A model generated the notes under the pieces. It made no database searches. It was not told the DNA's origin and worked only from the letters and a program-made list of their open reading frames with translations. From a virus, in the IMG/VR virus record IMGVR_UViG_3300044213_000051, positions 23,218 through 87,217 of that record: a stretch of 64,000 nt of DNA, one strand, 5' to 3'. The position numbers and the translations under genes are program-made. Shown here piece after piece: positions 56,127 through 64,000 of this stretch; position 1 is the first letter of the stretch, and every line of letters begins with the position of its first letter.

Positions 56127-57412
56127 TACTTAATATTTCCTGTTTCTAAATTTATAAGCATAGAATCTTTAATCAATTCCATTTTACACTCATGTTTATC
56201 TCTAGAGATAAAATGATTAATAGCTGATATTAAATATTTTCCAGAAAACATTTGATCTTTTATTTGATTTGGTGTAGTTTTTTTAGTTATGGGTGCCATT
56301 TTATTCAGATTAACTTCAACTACTCTACCAACTGTGTAATCAAATCTTCCTGGCACAGTAAGTTCTAATTTTACTGACTCAGCCTGTTTCATTAATGAAA
56401 GTCTTTCTTGAATAATTTTGGTATTTGATGTGTCATCATAATCAACAAACGTGTTAAATGCTTTTGGGCGATTTAACAGTTTAGCCTCAAAATGACCAAT
56501 TGATTTAGATCTCGCAGCAGGAAATTTGTTTAGGTGGTTACGATTACCCCAGTTCTCAAACATATCAAACTCATTTATCTCAACCTCACCAGTTGATGAA
56601 TCAAAGGACCACAATTTAGATCCATACATCCCACTCTGAACACGATCAATATAATCAATACCATCTGGAATATGTATTTCAGTAATACGTTTATAATCTT
56701 CTTCTATGTTTTGAGCACCCTTACCATCAGAAGTTTTATCACGGGAATAGTTATCATACTGAAACGTCTGTAATAATTTAGATTGTTTATACAGAGAATC
56801 TAAAGAACAGAAATTATATCCAGATCTATTTTCAAAAAACACATAAGTTGGCGAATCTTTCTGATTAATAGCAAATTCGCAGAGAAAAATTAAATTTTTT
56901 ACTGGAGACCAATAATTAGAAACATATTTGTGTCTATTTTTAGTAACTTCAATATAACACATATTTTTTGTGCTTAATCCAAATTTATCATCGGTCAATA
57001 AAGTATTAGCGATGTCTGAAATTACACCATTAAATCCTTTACTAATTGGATTATTTAAATCGTTAATTGCATCAACGTTAGTGAAGTGTAATTGATATGC
57101 TACTTGTTTATCTCCAAGCATAACTCTATCACTCATTTTATAGATATAATATCTTCCATCCAAACTTACATTAGGAGCACTCGGGTTACTCAATTTTAAT
57201 TTTAAGAATTCTTGACCAGCGAATGGAAGAAAGTTAACTAAATCCAAAGATTCTTTAACTAATAATGTCCCTGTGATGAATGGCGATAACAAATCCTCAA
57301 AGATTTGTATACCTATAACTTGGTTCGTTATATTTTGTACTTTATTAGTTGCTGTAGATATTGTTACGTCTTCAATCGTAACATCACCAGCAAAACTTTT
57401 CTTAATAGTCAT
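56126..57412 (-). CDS. Baseplate hub protein (gp27-like)
   Basis: IFEDL.SP..TG, FFEN..GY.F.S..SL, VPG...VG, SGKYLI.AI.H; lies between gp53 and gp5. Confidence 0.72.
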   Translation of the reverse strand: MTIKKSFAGDVTIEDVTISTATNKVQNITNQVIGIQIFEDLLSPFITGTLLVKESLDLVNFLPFAGQEFLKLKLSNPSAPNVSLDGRYYIYKMSDRVMLGDKQVAYQLHFTNVDAINDLNNPISKGFNGVISDIANTLLTDDKFGLSTKNMCYIEVTKNRHKYVSNYWSPVKNLIFLCEFAINQKDSPTYVFFENRSGYNFCSLDSLYKQSKLLQTFQYDNYSRDKTSDGKGAQNIEEDYKRITEIHIPDGIDYIDRVQSGMYGSKLWSFDSSTGEVEINEFDMFENWGNRNHLNKFPAARSKSIGHFEAKLLNRPKAFNTFVDYDDTSNTKIIQERLSLMKQAESVKLELTVPGRFDYTVGRVVEVNLNKMAPITKKTTPNQIKDQMFSGKYLISAINHFISRDKHECKMELIKDSMLINLETGNIK

Positions 57413-57906
57413 TAAATTAAATCATTAAAGTTCTTTAAAACAACAGCAAGAACATCGGCTGTTATAATTTTAATAGTTCGTTTAGATTCGTTTATCTTTT
57501 GCTCATAATCAAAATTGGTAACTTGTAAAGCACCATCAAAATCTGGCATTACCCAATTTCCGTTTTCATCTTCATAGTGATGAATGCCATAAACATTATC
57601 ACCATACTTATCTTTAATAAATTGATTTAATGTATCATATGGTAATGGGAAATCTTTTAAATAATCATATCTATCGTTAGCTAACATAACGACCCAATGT
57701 AATCCTGGATCTCCATAAAATTTTTCAGCAATTATTGATGGTGTTTCACCATCAATGATATCATATGTATCATATACTGTGATGTTTGATAAAACGTCTC
57801 TGCGAAAACGAATGTTTCTGGTTATATCAGTTACAATAAACGCTGTTCGTTCGTTCGGTGTTATTTCATAATCGTAAATGAAATTTGTAAATTTTTCAAA
57901 ATACAT
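57412..57906 (-). CDS. gp53: Baseplate wedge component
   Basis: MYF..F, Y.I.DGETP..IA.KFYGD..LHWVV..AN, HHYE, YE...NE.KR.IK. Confidence 0.9.
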   Translation of the reverse strand: MYFEKFTNFIYDYEITPNERTAFIVTDITRNIRFRRDVLSNITVYDTYDIIDGETPSIIAEKFYGDPGLHWVVMLANDRYDYLKDFPLPYDTLNQFIKDKYGDNVYGIHHYEDENGNWVMPDFDGALQVTNFDYEQKINESKRTIKIITADVLAVVLKNFNDLI

Positions 57907-59060
57907 TATAGACCGTCCTCAATTTTTTCTTTAGTAATTTGAGCAAGTTCACGGAAATTTAATGTTATAGCTATTTGAGTTGGCATACCATTTGGGAATG
58001 TATTAAATTGTCCATTTGGTGTATAATTAACAGTCATATCTGTTAATACGCAAGATGTATGGCGATGGATGTTTAGGTTTTCTTTACCATTTTGATAATA
58101 ATATACATCAAATTCTGATGGATAGATGTAAAGGAAATTCATCGAATCTTTAAACTCTGGATGCATGTGCAGTTTAAACTGTTTAATAATGTTTAAAACA
58201 TTCTGCGCTTCGGTGGCATTTCTTGGGAAAAATTGATAATCCATTGAGAATGTTCTAAAATCAACACCCTTAAACACTTGTTCTTTTTTCGGATTGGCAG
58301 TCAAACCAGTTAATGCAGACATGGCTCCCACGTTTTTATTATCTCCACGCATAGCGATTGCTGCAGCAATCGAAGTACCTTGGCTTACTGAATCTGTGTT
58401 TAATCCAATATTAAAAGAAGATACATTGACAGCCTTACCTAGTGCTTCTGCTCCACCTAATGTAGCTTGGAAATTGAATGTTTCTTCTTCACCCCATTGT
58501 GTTCCATAACGAATAGACAATTGATTGGGAACATATAACATAATAGCAGTCTTTAAACGCTTTTGTGCTCTGGTTGCATTTGACGCAGATTTTGCGATGG
58601 CAGCTCCACCTACTGCTTGTTTAAACCAGTCTGTTGGCATTTTAGATGTTTCCCACAAAGAAGAAAGTGCGCTGTGAGTTCCTTCTTTTTCAGTAGATGG
58701 ATCAATTTTACCAGTCCCTTTACCCTTTAACGAAGTATTTCCTAGTGTTCCACCAGATGCTATTGTTGAAACTGCTGCTGTTGCTAACATACCATCTGGA
58801 GTTAATCCAATAGCATTCGCTTGAGCAATTAATCCACCACGATCTCTATTTGCGATGTCTGGCATTCGAGAATCCATGCTCGGAAGAGAAGACAAATAAG
58901 AATCTGTAGATACGTTGATGTAAAAGGCAACAAAGTTGCCACCATATTGTTCGCTTTGAATGTCTACTGGGTATGAGTAATTATCAACCTGATAGGTTGT
59001 ATTAAACGATGTCGCTGGTCCACGCATCGTTTTCGAAGTTAAATTCGGGAAGGTCGCCAT
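57906..59060 (-). CDS. gp48: Baseplate tail-tube cap
   Basis: YP, I.LYVP, NP..EQVFKGV.FRTF, I..F..HMHP, YPSEF, V.YTPNG, L.FRE. Confidence 0.88.
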   Translation of the reverse strand: MATFPNLTSKTMRGPATSFNTTYQVDNYSYPVDIQSEQYGGNFVAFYINVSTDSYLSSLPSMDSRMPDIANRDRGGLIAQANAIGLTPDGMLATAAVSTIASGGTLGNTSLKGKGTGKIDPSTEKEGTHSALSSLWETSKMPTDWFKQAVGGAAIAKSASNATRAQKRLKTAIMLYVPNQLSIRYGTQWGEEETFNFQATLGGAEALGKAVNVSSFNIGLNTDSVSQGTSIAAAIAMRGDNKNVGAMSALTGLTANPKKEQVFKGVDFRTFSMDYQFFPRNATEAQNVLNIIKQFKLHMHPEFKDSMNFLYIYPSEFDVYYYQNGKENLNIHRHTSCVLTDMTVNYTPNGQFNTFPNGMPTQIAITLNFRELAQITKEKIEDGL

Positions 59061-59066
59061 AGTTTT

Positions 59067-59107
59067 CCTAAATATTGGAGATTTACTATTCTAATAGAGT
59101 ATTTAGG
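59067..59107. promoter_or_regulatory. Face-to-face late promoters
   Basis: CCTAAATA on plus (59067-59074) and on minus (59100-59107). Confidence 0.65.
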
Positions 59108-59108
59108 C

Positions 59109-59546
59109 ATGTTTCACAAAAGATTGTATAAACCTTTGTATCCAGAAAAATATGGTGGGGATCCTACCAATATCATTATGAGATCTAGTTGGGAGACGAT
59201 GTTCGCCACTTGGTGCGATAAAAACCCATCGATATTAAAGTGGACTTCTGAAGAGACAGTTATTCCATATCGTTGCCCAACTGATAATAGAATACATCGT
59301 TATTTTGTTGATTTTAATATACAAATTAAACAAAGGGACGGGTCTATAAAGAGATATTTGGTTGAAGTAAAACCAGAAAAACAGACTGTTCCACCAGTTT
59401 ATCCTGGACGCCAAACTAAACGATACATAACAGAATCTCTTACATACATAAAAAACGAAGCTAAATGGGCTGCTGCAAGAGAGTACTGTAAAGATCGTGG
59501 TTGGGAATTTAAGATAATAACTGAGCGAGAACTCGGTCTGAAATGA
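59109..59546 (+). CDS. gp4: Head completion nuclease
   Basis: P.KY.GD..NI..RSSWE, W.SEE..IPY, HRYFVDF, EVKP..QT, N.AKW.AA. Confidence 0.93.
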   Translation: MFHKRLYKPLYPEKYGGDPTNIIMRSSWETMFATWCDKNPSILKWTSEETVIPYRCPTDNRIHRYFVDFNIQIKQRDGSIKRYLVEVKPEKQTVPPVYPGRQTKRYITESLTYIKNEAKWAAAREYCKDRGWEFKIITERELGLK

Positions 59547-59554
59547 CCTAAATA
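59547..59554 (+). promoter_or_regulatory. Late promoter (CCTAAATA) for gp2
   Basis: Late box 5 nt before the ATG. Confidence 0.7.
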
Positions 59555-59559
59555 ATTAA

Positions 59560-60156
59560 ATGGCTACAAAATCAAGTTTACAAACTGTTTTCGACAAAAA
59601 CCAATACGATCTGGCAACAGCTGCCAGAAAGTCCACCACATGGTATAATCAGCAAGTTCTGTTGTTAACTAAACAACAGATTACACCACACAAAATAATG
59701 TCTGGTGAACCTGACTCGCTTAAAAATTCCATTATGCCTGGAAAACTCTATATGTATTTCTATGATCCAAAGTTGAAGGCAGAATTACCCTATTATGACA
59801 GATTCCCTTTAGTTTTCCCATTTAGGAAAGTTCAAGGTGGATTTCTTGGGTTGAATATGCACTACTTGCCATACCCATTGAGAATTAAACTGCTGGATGC
59901 TTTAATGCAGTTTAAGAGTAATGATAAAATGAACGAAGCAACTAAGTTAAAATACTCTTGGTCTACAATCGATGGAATTTCCAAGTTCAAAGCTGCCCAG
60001 CCTTGCGTTAAACACTATTTGTCAGACCATGTTCGTTCTGCATTTAAACAAATCCCCTCATACGACTGGGCAACAGCAATGTTACTTCCTGTTGAAAAAT
60101 TCGTTGGGGCGAATAAACTAGAAGTCTGGGCAGATTCTAAAAAAAGAATGAGATAA
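59560..60156 (+). CDS. gp2: DNA end protector
   Basis: YMYFYDPK.K..LPYYD.FPL, GLN.HYLP, PC.K.YL..HV.S, LP.E.F. Confidence 0.93.
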   Translation: MATKSSLQTVFDKNQYDLATAARKSTTWYNQQVLLLTKQQITPHKIMSGEPDSLKNSIMPGKLYMYFYDPKLKAELPYYDRFPLVFPFRKVQGGFLGLNMHYLPYPLRIKLLDALMQFKSNDKMNEATKLKYSWSTIDGISKFKAAQPCVKHYLSDHVRSAFKQIPSYDWATAMLLPVEKFVGANKLEVWADSKKRMR

Positions 60157-60159
60157 TCT

Positions 60160-60753
60160 ATGGCCACTATAGACGACTTTATCGCAACAGTTAAAACACA
60201 GGGGATGATGCGCTCAAACCGATACACAGTTGTATTCGGTGATGTAGTTAATGATCCAGACAATTTACGTCAGATTATGATGTATTGTTCAGATATTCAA
60301 ATTCCTGGGGTAAACGTAAGCACTGCTCAATTAAGAATGTATGGAGAACTTCGCGAAGTTCCATACGAAAAGTTATTCGGTGATATCAATTTGACGTTCT
60401 ACGTTGATAATAATATGAATGTCAAAAATTACTTTGATAGATGGATGGGTTTAATTCAAGATCCGTACACAAGAACATTTAATTACTATGCGAATTATAT
60501 TTCACAGATGGTAATTACTGTTGAAGATTATTCAAATAATGCTCAATATGACATCAATCTCTATGAGTGTTATCCGAAATCGATTGGTCAAGTTCAGATT
60601 GGATATGACCAGAAAGACGTTATGAAATTACAGGTAACAATGCAATACAAATATTGGACTTCGACATCATACACTGCCATGACTGATTTAAGTCAGCAGC
60701 AACCATTAACAGTTGGTCAATTAAATAACCAACCAATAACAGTTCCAGCATAA
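60160..60753 (+). CDS. gp54: Baseplate tail-tube initiator (gp54-like)
   Basis: R.NRY.V, C....PG, TFY.D....FD.W, E.YPK.I, V..Y.YW. Confidence 0.78.
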   Translation: MATIDDFIATVKTQGMMRSNRYTVVFGDVVNDPDNLRQIMMYCSDIQIPGVNVSTAQLRMYGELREVPYEKLFGDINLTFYVDNNMNVKNYFDRWMGLIQDPYTRTFNYYANYISQMVITVEDYSNNAQYDINLYECYPKSIGQVQIGYDQKDVMKLQVTMQYKYWTSTSYTAMTDLSQQQPLTVGQLNNQPITVPA

Positions 60754-60767
60754 TAATAAAGGTTGCC

Positions 60768-61514
60768 ATGTCAGACCAAGAATATCAAATGAGTGCGAGT
60801 GAGAAGAAAAAAGAAGATTGGATGAACAGTAAATGGCGTCCAATGATGGGTTGGATGTACATGGGTGTTTGTATTTTCGATTTTATGATAGCACCAATTT
60901 TATGGTCTCTGATTCAATCATTAGCTCACGGTCAAGTTAATGTTCAATGGCAACCTTTAACTCTACAAGGTGCTGGTTTATTCCACGTTGCGATGGGTGC
61001 TGTTCTTGGTATCGCTGCTTATGGGAGAACTCAAGAGAAACTGAATGGTGCTAATAATGGTGGCCTTCAATTACAAGGTGGTACAACATATCAAGTTCCA
61101 GGTCAAATGAACAATGGTATGGGTGGTATGGGTATGAATTCAGGTATGGGTGGTATGGGTATGAATTCAGGTATGGGTGGTATGAATTCAGGTACGAACA
61201 GTGGTTTCGGTGGAGGTATGAATAATGGATCATCAGGATTTGGTTCGTCAGGTGGCTTCGGTTCACCTAGCGGCAGCTCAGCATTTGGCTCTCCTTCGAC
61301 AGGAGGATTCGGTTCCCCAAGCTCGAGTTTTGGTTCAACACCAGCACCTAGCCCAACACCAACAAGCAGCTTTGGTAGCAGTTCAGGATTTGGAACGCCA
61401 GCGACTCCACCAACACCAAGCCCAATTCCAAAACCAACACCAAGTGTAAATTCGTCAATAAATAGTTCTGCTGGAGATCCGCCAGCAAGAAACACAAGGA
61501 ATGATATTCAATGA
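60768..61514 (+). CDS. Putative holin (3TM/GTA-holin-like) with long low-complexity tail
   Basis: WRPMMGW.Y hydrophobic segment, MGAVLGI.AYGRT.EK motif, then G/M/S/P-rich tail. Confidence 0.62.
   Translation: MSDQEYQMSASEKKKEDWMNSKWRPMMGWMYMGVCIFDFMIAPILWSLIQSLAHGQVNVQWQPLTLQGAGLFHVAMGAVLGIAAYGRTQEKLNGANNGGLQLQGGTTYQVPGQMNNGMGGMGMNSGMGGMGMNSGMGGMNSGTNSGFGGGMNNGSSGFGSSGGFGSPSGSSAFGSPSTGGFGSPSSSFGSTPAPSPTPTSSFGSSSGFGTPATPPTPSPIPKPTPSVNSSINSSAGDPPARNTRNDIQ
61116..61190 (+). repeat. 27-bp tandem repeat (two full copies plus a 21-bp copy)
   Basis: GGTATGGGTGGTATGGGTATGAATTCA repeated, encoding GMGGMGMNS. Confidence 0.85.
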
Positions 61515-61921
61515 ACGTACATGATAATTTGTCTGAAGTTTTTGATGTTCCAACTATAACCAAAACTACAGAAGTGATTGATAATAGTACTGGTGAGATA
61601 GTAGAATCACCAACACAAAAAATTGAAAGTGACTACGATAAAACTCGTGGTAATCTTCAAGAATTATTATTAAAGGGACAAGAAGCATTGAACGCTGCTC
61701 TAGAGGTAGCTAAGCAATCTGAGCACCCACGTGCTTTTGAAGTTGTAGGTAATTTGATGAAACAACTTGCTGACATAAATCAGCAGCTTATGGATATCCA
61801 TCAACAGAAACAAAAACTTGATGGACCAAAGGCAGAGAAAGTTACAAATAATAATGCTATCTTTGTTGGTAGCACAGCTGAATTGAATAAACTAATCAAG
61901 AATATGTCTAAAGGAGAGTGA
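61511..61921 (+). CDS. gp16: Terminase small subunit
   Basis: DY...R.NL, A..SEHPRAFEV, NNAIFVGSTAEL.K. Confidence 0.9.
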   Translation: MNVHDNLSEVFDVPTITKTTEVIDNSTGEIVESPTQKIESDYDKTRGNLQELLLKGQEALNAALEVAKQSEHPRAFEVVGNLMKQLADINQQLMDIHQQKQKLDGPKAEKVTNNNAIFVGSTAELNKLIKNMSKGE

Positions 61922-62637
61922 CAATGGCTTTACCGATTAATACAACGGCACAATATAATTTAACAATTCCGTCTAGTGGCGAACGTGTTAAATTTAGACC
62001 ATTTTTGGTGAAGGAAGAAAAAGCACTGTTGCTGGCGCAGCAAAGTGAAGATCCTATTACTATGGTTGAAACATTAAAAGATATTATTGAAGCGTGTGTG
62101 ACTGGAGATTATAAAATTGATAATCTAGCCACGTTTGACTTAGAATATATCTTCACGCAAATTCGTGGTAAGTCAGTTGGGGAAACTGTTGATCTATTGT
62201 TCCCATGCGACACATGTGATGACGAGAAAGCTAAAGTTAAAATCTCTTTCGACATTACTAAGATTCAGGTTGAGAAATCACCTGAACACAATAAGAAAAT
62301 TGAGTTGTTTAATGATGTTGGTGTAGTTATGCGTTACCCAACAGTCCAAACAATCTCTAGACTAGAAAACTTAAAAGCTGACACAATTGATGATATTTTT
62401 GATATTGTTGCTGGCTGTATAGACTTCGTTTATCAAGGTGACGAAGTATTCTATGGTAAAGAACAAACTAAAGAAGAACTGTTAGAATTTTTGAATAATT
62501 TAACTTCTGAACAATTTAAGAAGATTCAAAAGTTCTTCGAAACAATGCCTAGACTGAAACAAGAAGTTCATTATAACTGCCCTGTCTGTGGCAAACAACA
62601 CGATAAAGTTTTGGAGGGTCTCCAAAGTTTTTTTTAA
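61918..62637 (+). CDS. gp26: Baseplate hub assembly protein
   Basis: RPFLVKEEK.LL, FDLEYIF..IR.KSVGE, MRYP, FF.TMP.L, CPVC, GLQSFF. Confidence 0.9.
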   Translation: MTMALPINTTAQYNLTIPSSGERVKFRPFLVKEEKALLLAQQSEDPITMVETLKDIIEACVTGDYKIDNLATFDLEYIFTQIRGKSVGETVDLLFPCDTCDDEKAKVKISFDITKIQVEKSPEHNKKIELFNDVGVVMRYPTVQTISRLENLKADTIDDIFDIVAGCIDFVYQGDEVFYGKEQTKEELLEFLNNLTSEQFKKIQKFFETMPRLKQEVHYNCPVCGKQHDKVLEGLQSFF

Positions 62638-62828
62638 TGAACCTTTGTCATGAAACCTTATATAATCATTATAAACTGAATTTCGCTTTAATGCAGTACC
62701 ACAAATACTCTCTGACGGAACTTGATAATATGATACCATTCGAAAGAGAATTATATGTGTCTATGTTGGTGAAGTATCTAGAGGAAGAAAAACAAAGGTT
62801 AGAACAACAAAAAATGAGAAGAAGCTAA
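62637..62828 (+). CDS. gp51: Baseplate hub assembly catalyst
   Basis: NFALMQYHKYSLTEL.NMIPFERE.Y. Confidence 0.88.
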   Translation: MNLCHETLYNHYKLNFALMQYHKYSLTELDNMIPFERELYVSMLVKYLEEEKQRLEQQKMRRS

Positions 62829-62829
62829 G

Positions 62830-64000
62830 ATGGCAAAACCACCGATTCAAGTTCACGTATCTTCAAGCGATTTTGGAAAATTACTCCAATTACAGGCGGA
62901 GAGCGTAAAACAATTATCAACTGTTAAGGAGATTCTTGAAAAAGGATCTGGTGGTTCAGATTCACCTCAAAAAATTCAAATTGATATTCTTAGCACTTTA
63001 CAGAAACAACTTAAAGTTCAAAATGATTCGTATAGAAGCCAAAAAGAGTTTGAGAAACAATGGAGAGATGAAGCCAAAGAAATAGCAGATTTTTCTAAAG
63101 GGCTGGCATCAATTAAATCCGTTTCTGAAAGAATTGGAGATTTTGGAAAAAATCTCAAGGGGATGTTTAGTTTACCAACAACCAGATCATTAAAAGAAAA
63201 ATTTAATTTTTTTGGTATCATGGACAAGTCAATTGCCCGTGATGATTTTATTGAAAAACAGAAACTACTTGGAACAAAAAGAACAACCAAAGAGTTAAAA
63301 GAAGATTTCGAAGAAGCACACAAGACATCAAAAGAGATGTCTGCAAATGACCAAAGATTAGAGTATATTAAACAACAAACTGGCATACATGACGAAGAAA
63401 AACTTCGTTTGAGTTCACCAGAAGCACATAGTCTAATAGAGAAACGAAGAGATTTAGCAGACAAATATAGTGGACTAGATTTGGCAAGTGAACAGTTTAG
63501 CGACGACCCAGTATATCGTTTAAATCCTGGCTCGAAAGCTCCGCAGAAAACTGTTGCAACGCAAGCACAACAAAATAAAGAAGATGATCATAATGAAAAA
63601 GCGATTGAAGGTGATCGTAAAAACGAACATATTATTAAAACTCTAGATCAAATCGCAGAAAACACAGGTGGTAAACCTGGACAAACAAACGTAGCACAGA
63701 AAGGTGCTGAACCAGCAGGTGATGGTGGTTTGATGGGTAAGATCGGTAAAGGTCTTAACTCATTAGGCGAAGGATTAAAGGGTTTAGCAACTGGAATGGG
63801 CGAAGGTATTAAAGCAATTCTAACAGGAATTGCTGAGGGTGTTAAGGCATTCGGTAGTATGGATGTTCTTAAGGGTGCTTTAGTAATGGGTGTTCTTGGT
63901 GGTGCTGTTTGGGTAATGGGTAAAGCATTACAAGAATTCTCTGACCTTGATTGGGAAACAATCGGTAAAGGTTTAGTCGCCGTTGCTGGCTTCGGTGCTT
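62830..64000 (+). CDS. Tail length/baseplate hub protein (gp29/tape-measure-like), 3' end outside window
   Basis: Not in the ORF track; ATG at 62830 (MAKPPIQVH...) appears open to the window end. Helical with Gly/Ala-rich amphipathic stretches; follows gp26-gp51. Confidence 0.7.
   Translation, partial: MAKPPIQVHVSSSDFGKLLQLQAESVKQLSTVKEILEKGSGGSDSPQKIQIDILSTLQKQLKVQNDSYRSQKEFEKQWRDEAKEIADFSKGLASIKSVSERIGDFGKNLKGMFSLPTTRSLKEKFNFFGIMDKSIARDDFIEKQKLLGTKRTTKELKEDFEEAHKTSKEMSANDQRLEYIKQQTGIHDEEKLRLSSPEAHSLIEKRRDLADKYSGLDLASEQFSDDPVYRLNPGSKAPQKTVATQAQQNKEDDHNEKAIEGDRKNEHIIKTLDQIAENTGGKPGQTNVAQKGAEPAGDGGLMGKIGKGLNSLGEGLKGLATGMGEGIKAILTGIAEGVKAFGSMDVLKGALVMGVLGGAVWVMGKALQEFSDLDWETIGKGLVAVAGFGA

Noticed and set aside
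63018-63464. 148-aa minus-strand ORF
   Set aside because: Antisense to the gp29-like gene starting at 62830.
1-64000. tRNA/rRNA genes and stop-codon recoding
   Set aside because: Intergenic gaps are short with no cloverleaf seen; core genes translate full-length in the standard code.

Overview
The whole window is part of a T4-like (Tevenvirinae/Kyanoviridae-type) myophage genome, AT-rich and gene-dense. Minus strand, reading right to left: baseplate genes (gp48, gp53, hub, gp5, gp25, gp6, gp7, gp8), a very large virion protein, a set of fibre genes, neck/tail/terminase/portal/head genes (gp13-15, gp17-23), then gp3, uvsY, uvsW, gp55, an AAA ATPase, gp47 and a truncated gp46. A plus-strand block at the right end carries gp4, gp2, gp54, a holin-like gene, a displaced gp16, gp26, gp51 and a truncated gp29-like gene. 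The most unusual region is 32.0-39.2 kb, inserted among the fibre genes. A chaperone-bearing fibre gene is followed directly by a 123-aa protein with 17 Cys in (Asn-Cys)n tracts, then an unknown protein, a radical SAM/SPASM enzyme, a signal-less TRAP solute-binding protein, a PP-loop ATP pyrophosphatase and a degenerate 2OG-oxygenase-fold protein. Several of these have their own phage late promoter. I infer a RiPP-like system that post-translationally modifies a virion (fibre-tip) protein. A second fibre with (Gly-Pro-Thr)n collagen repeats is likewise followed by a 2OG-Fe(II) oxygenase. All family assignments come from motif recognition and synteny; no database search was run.
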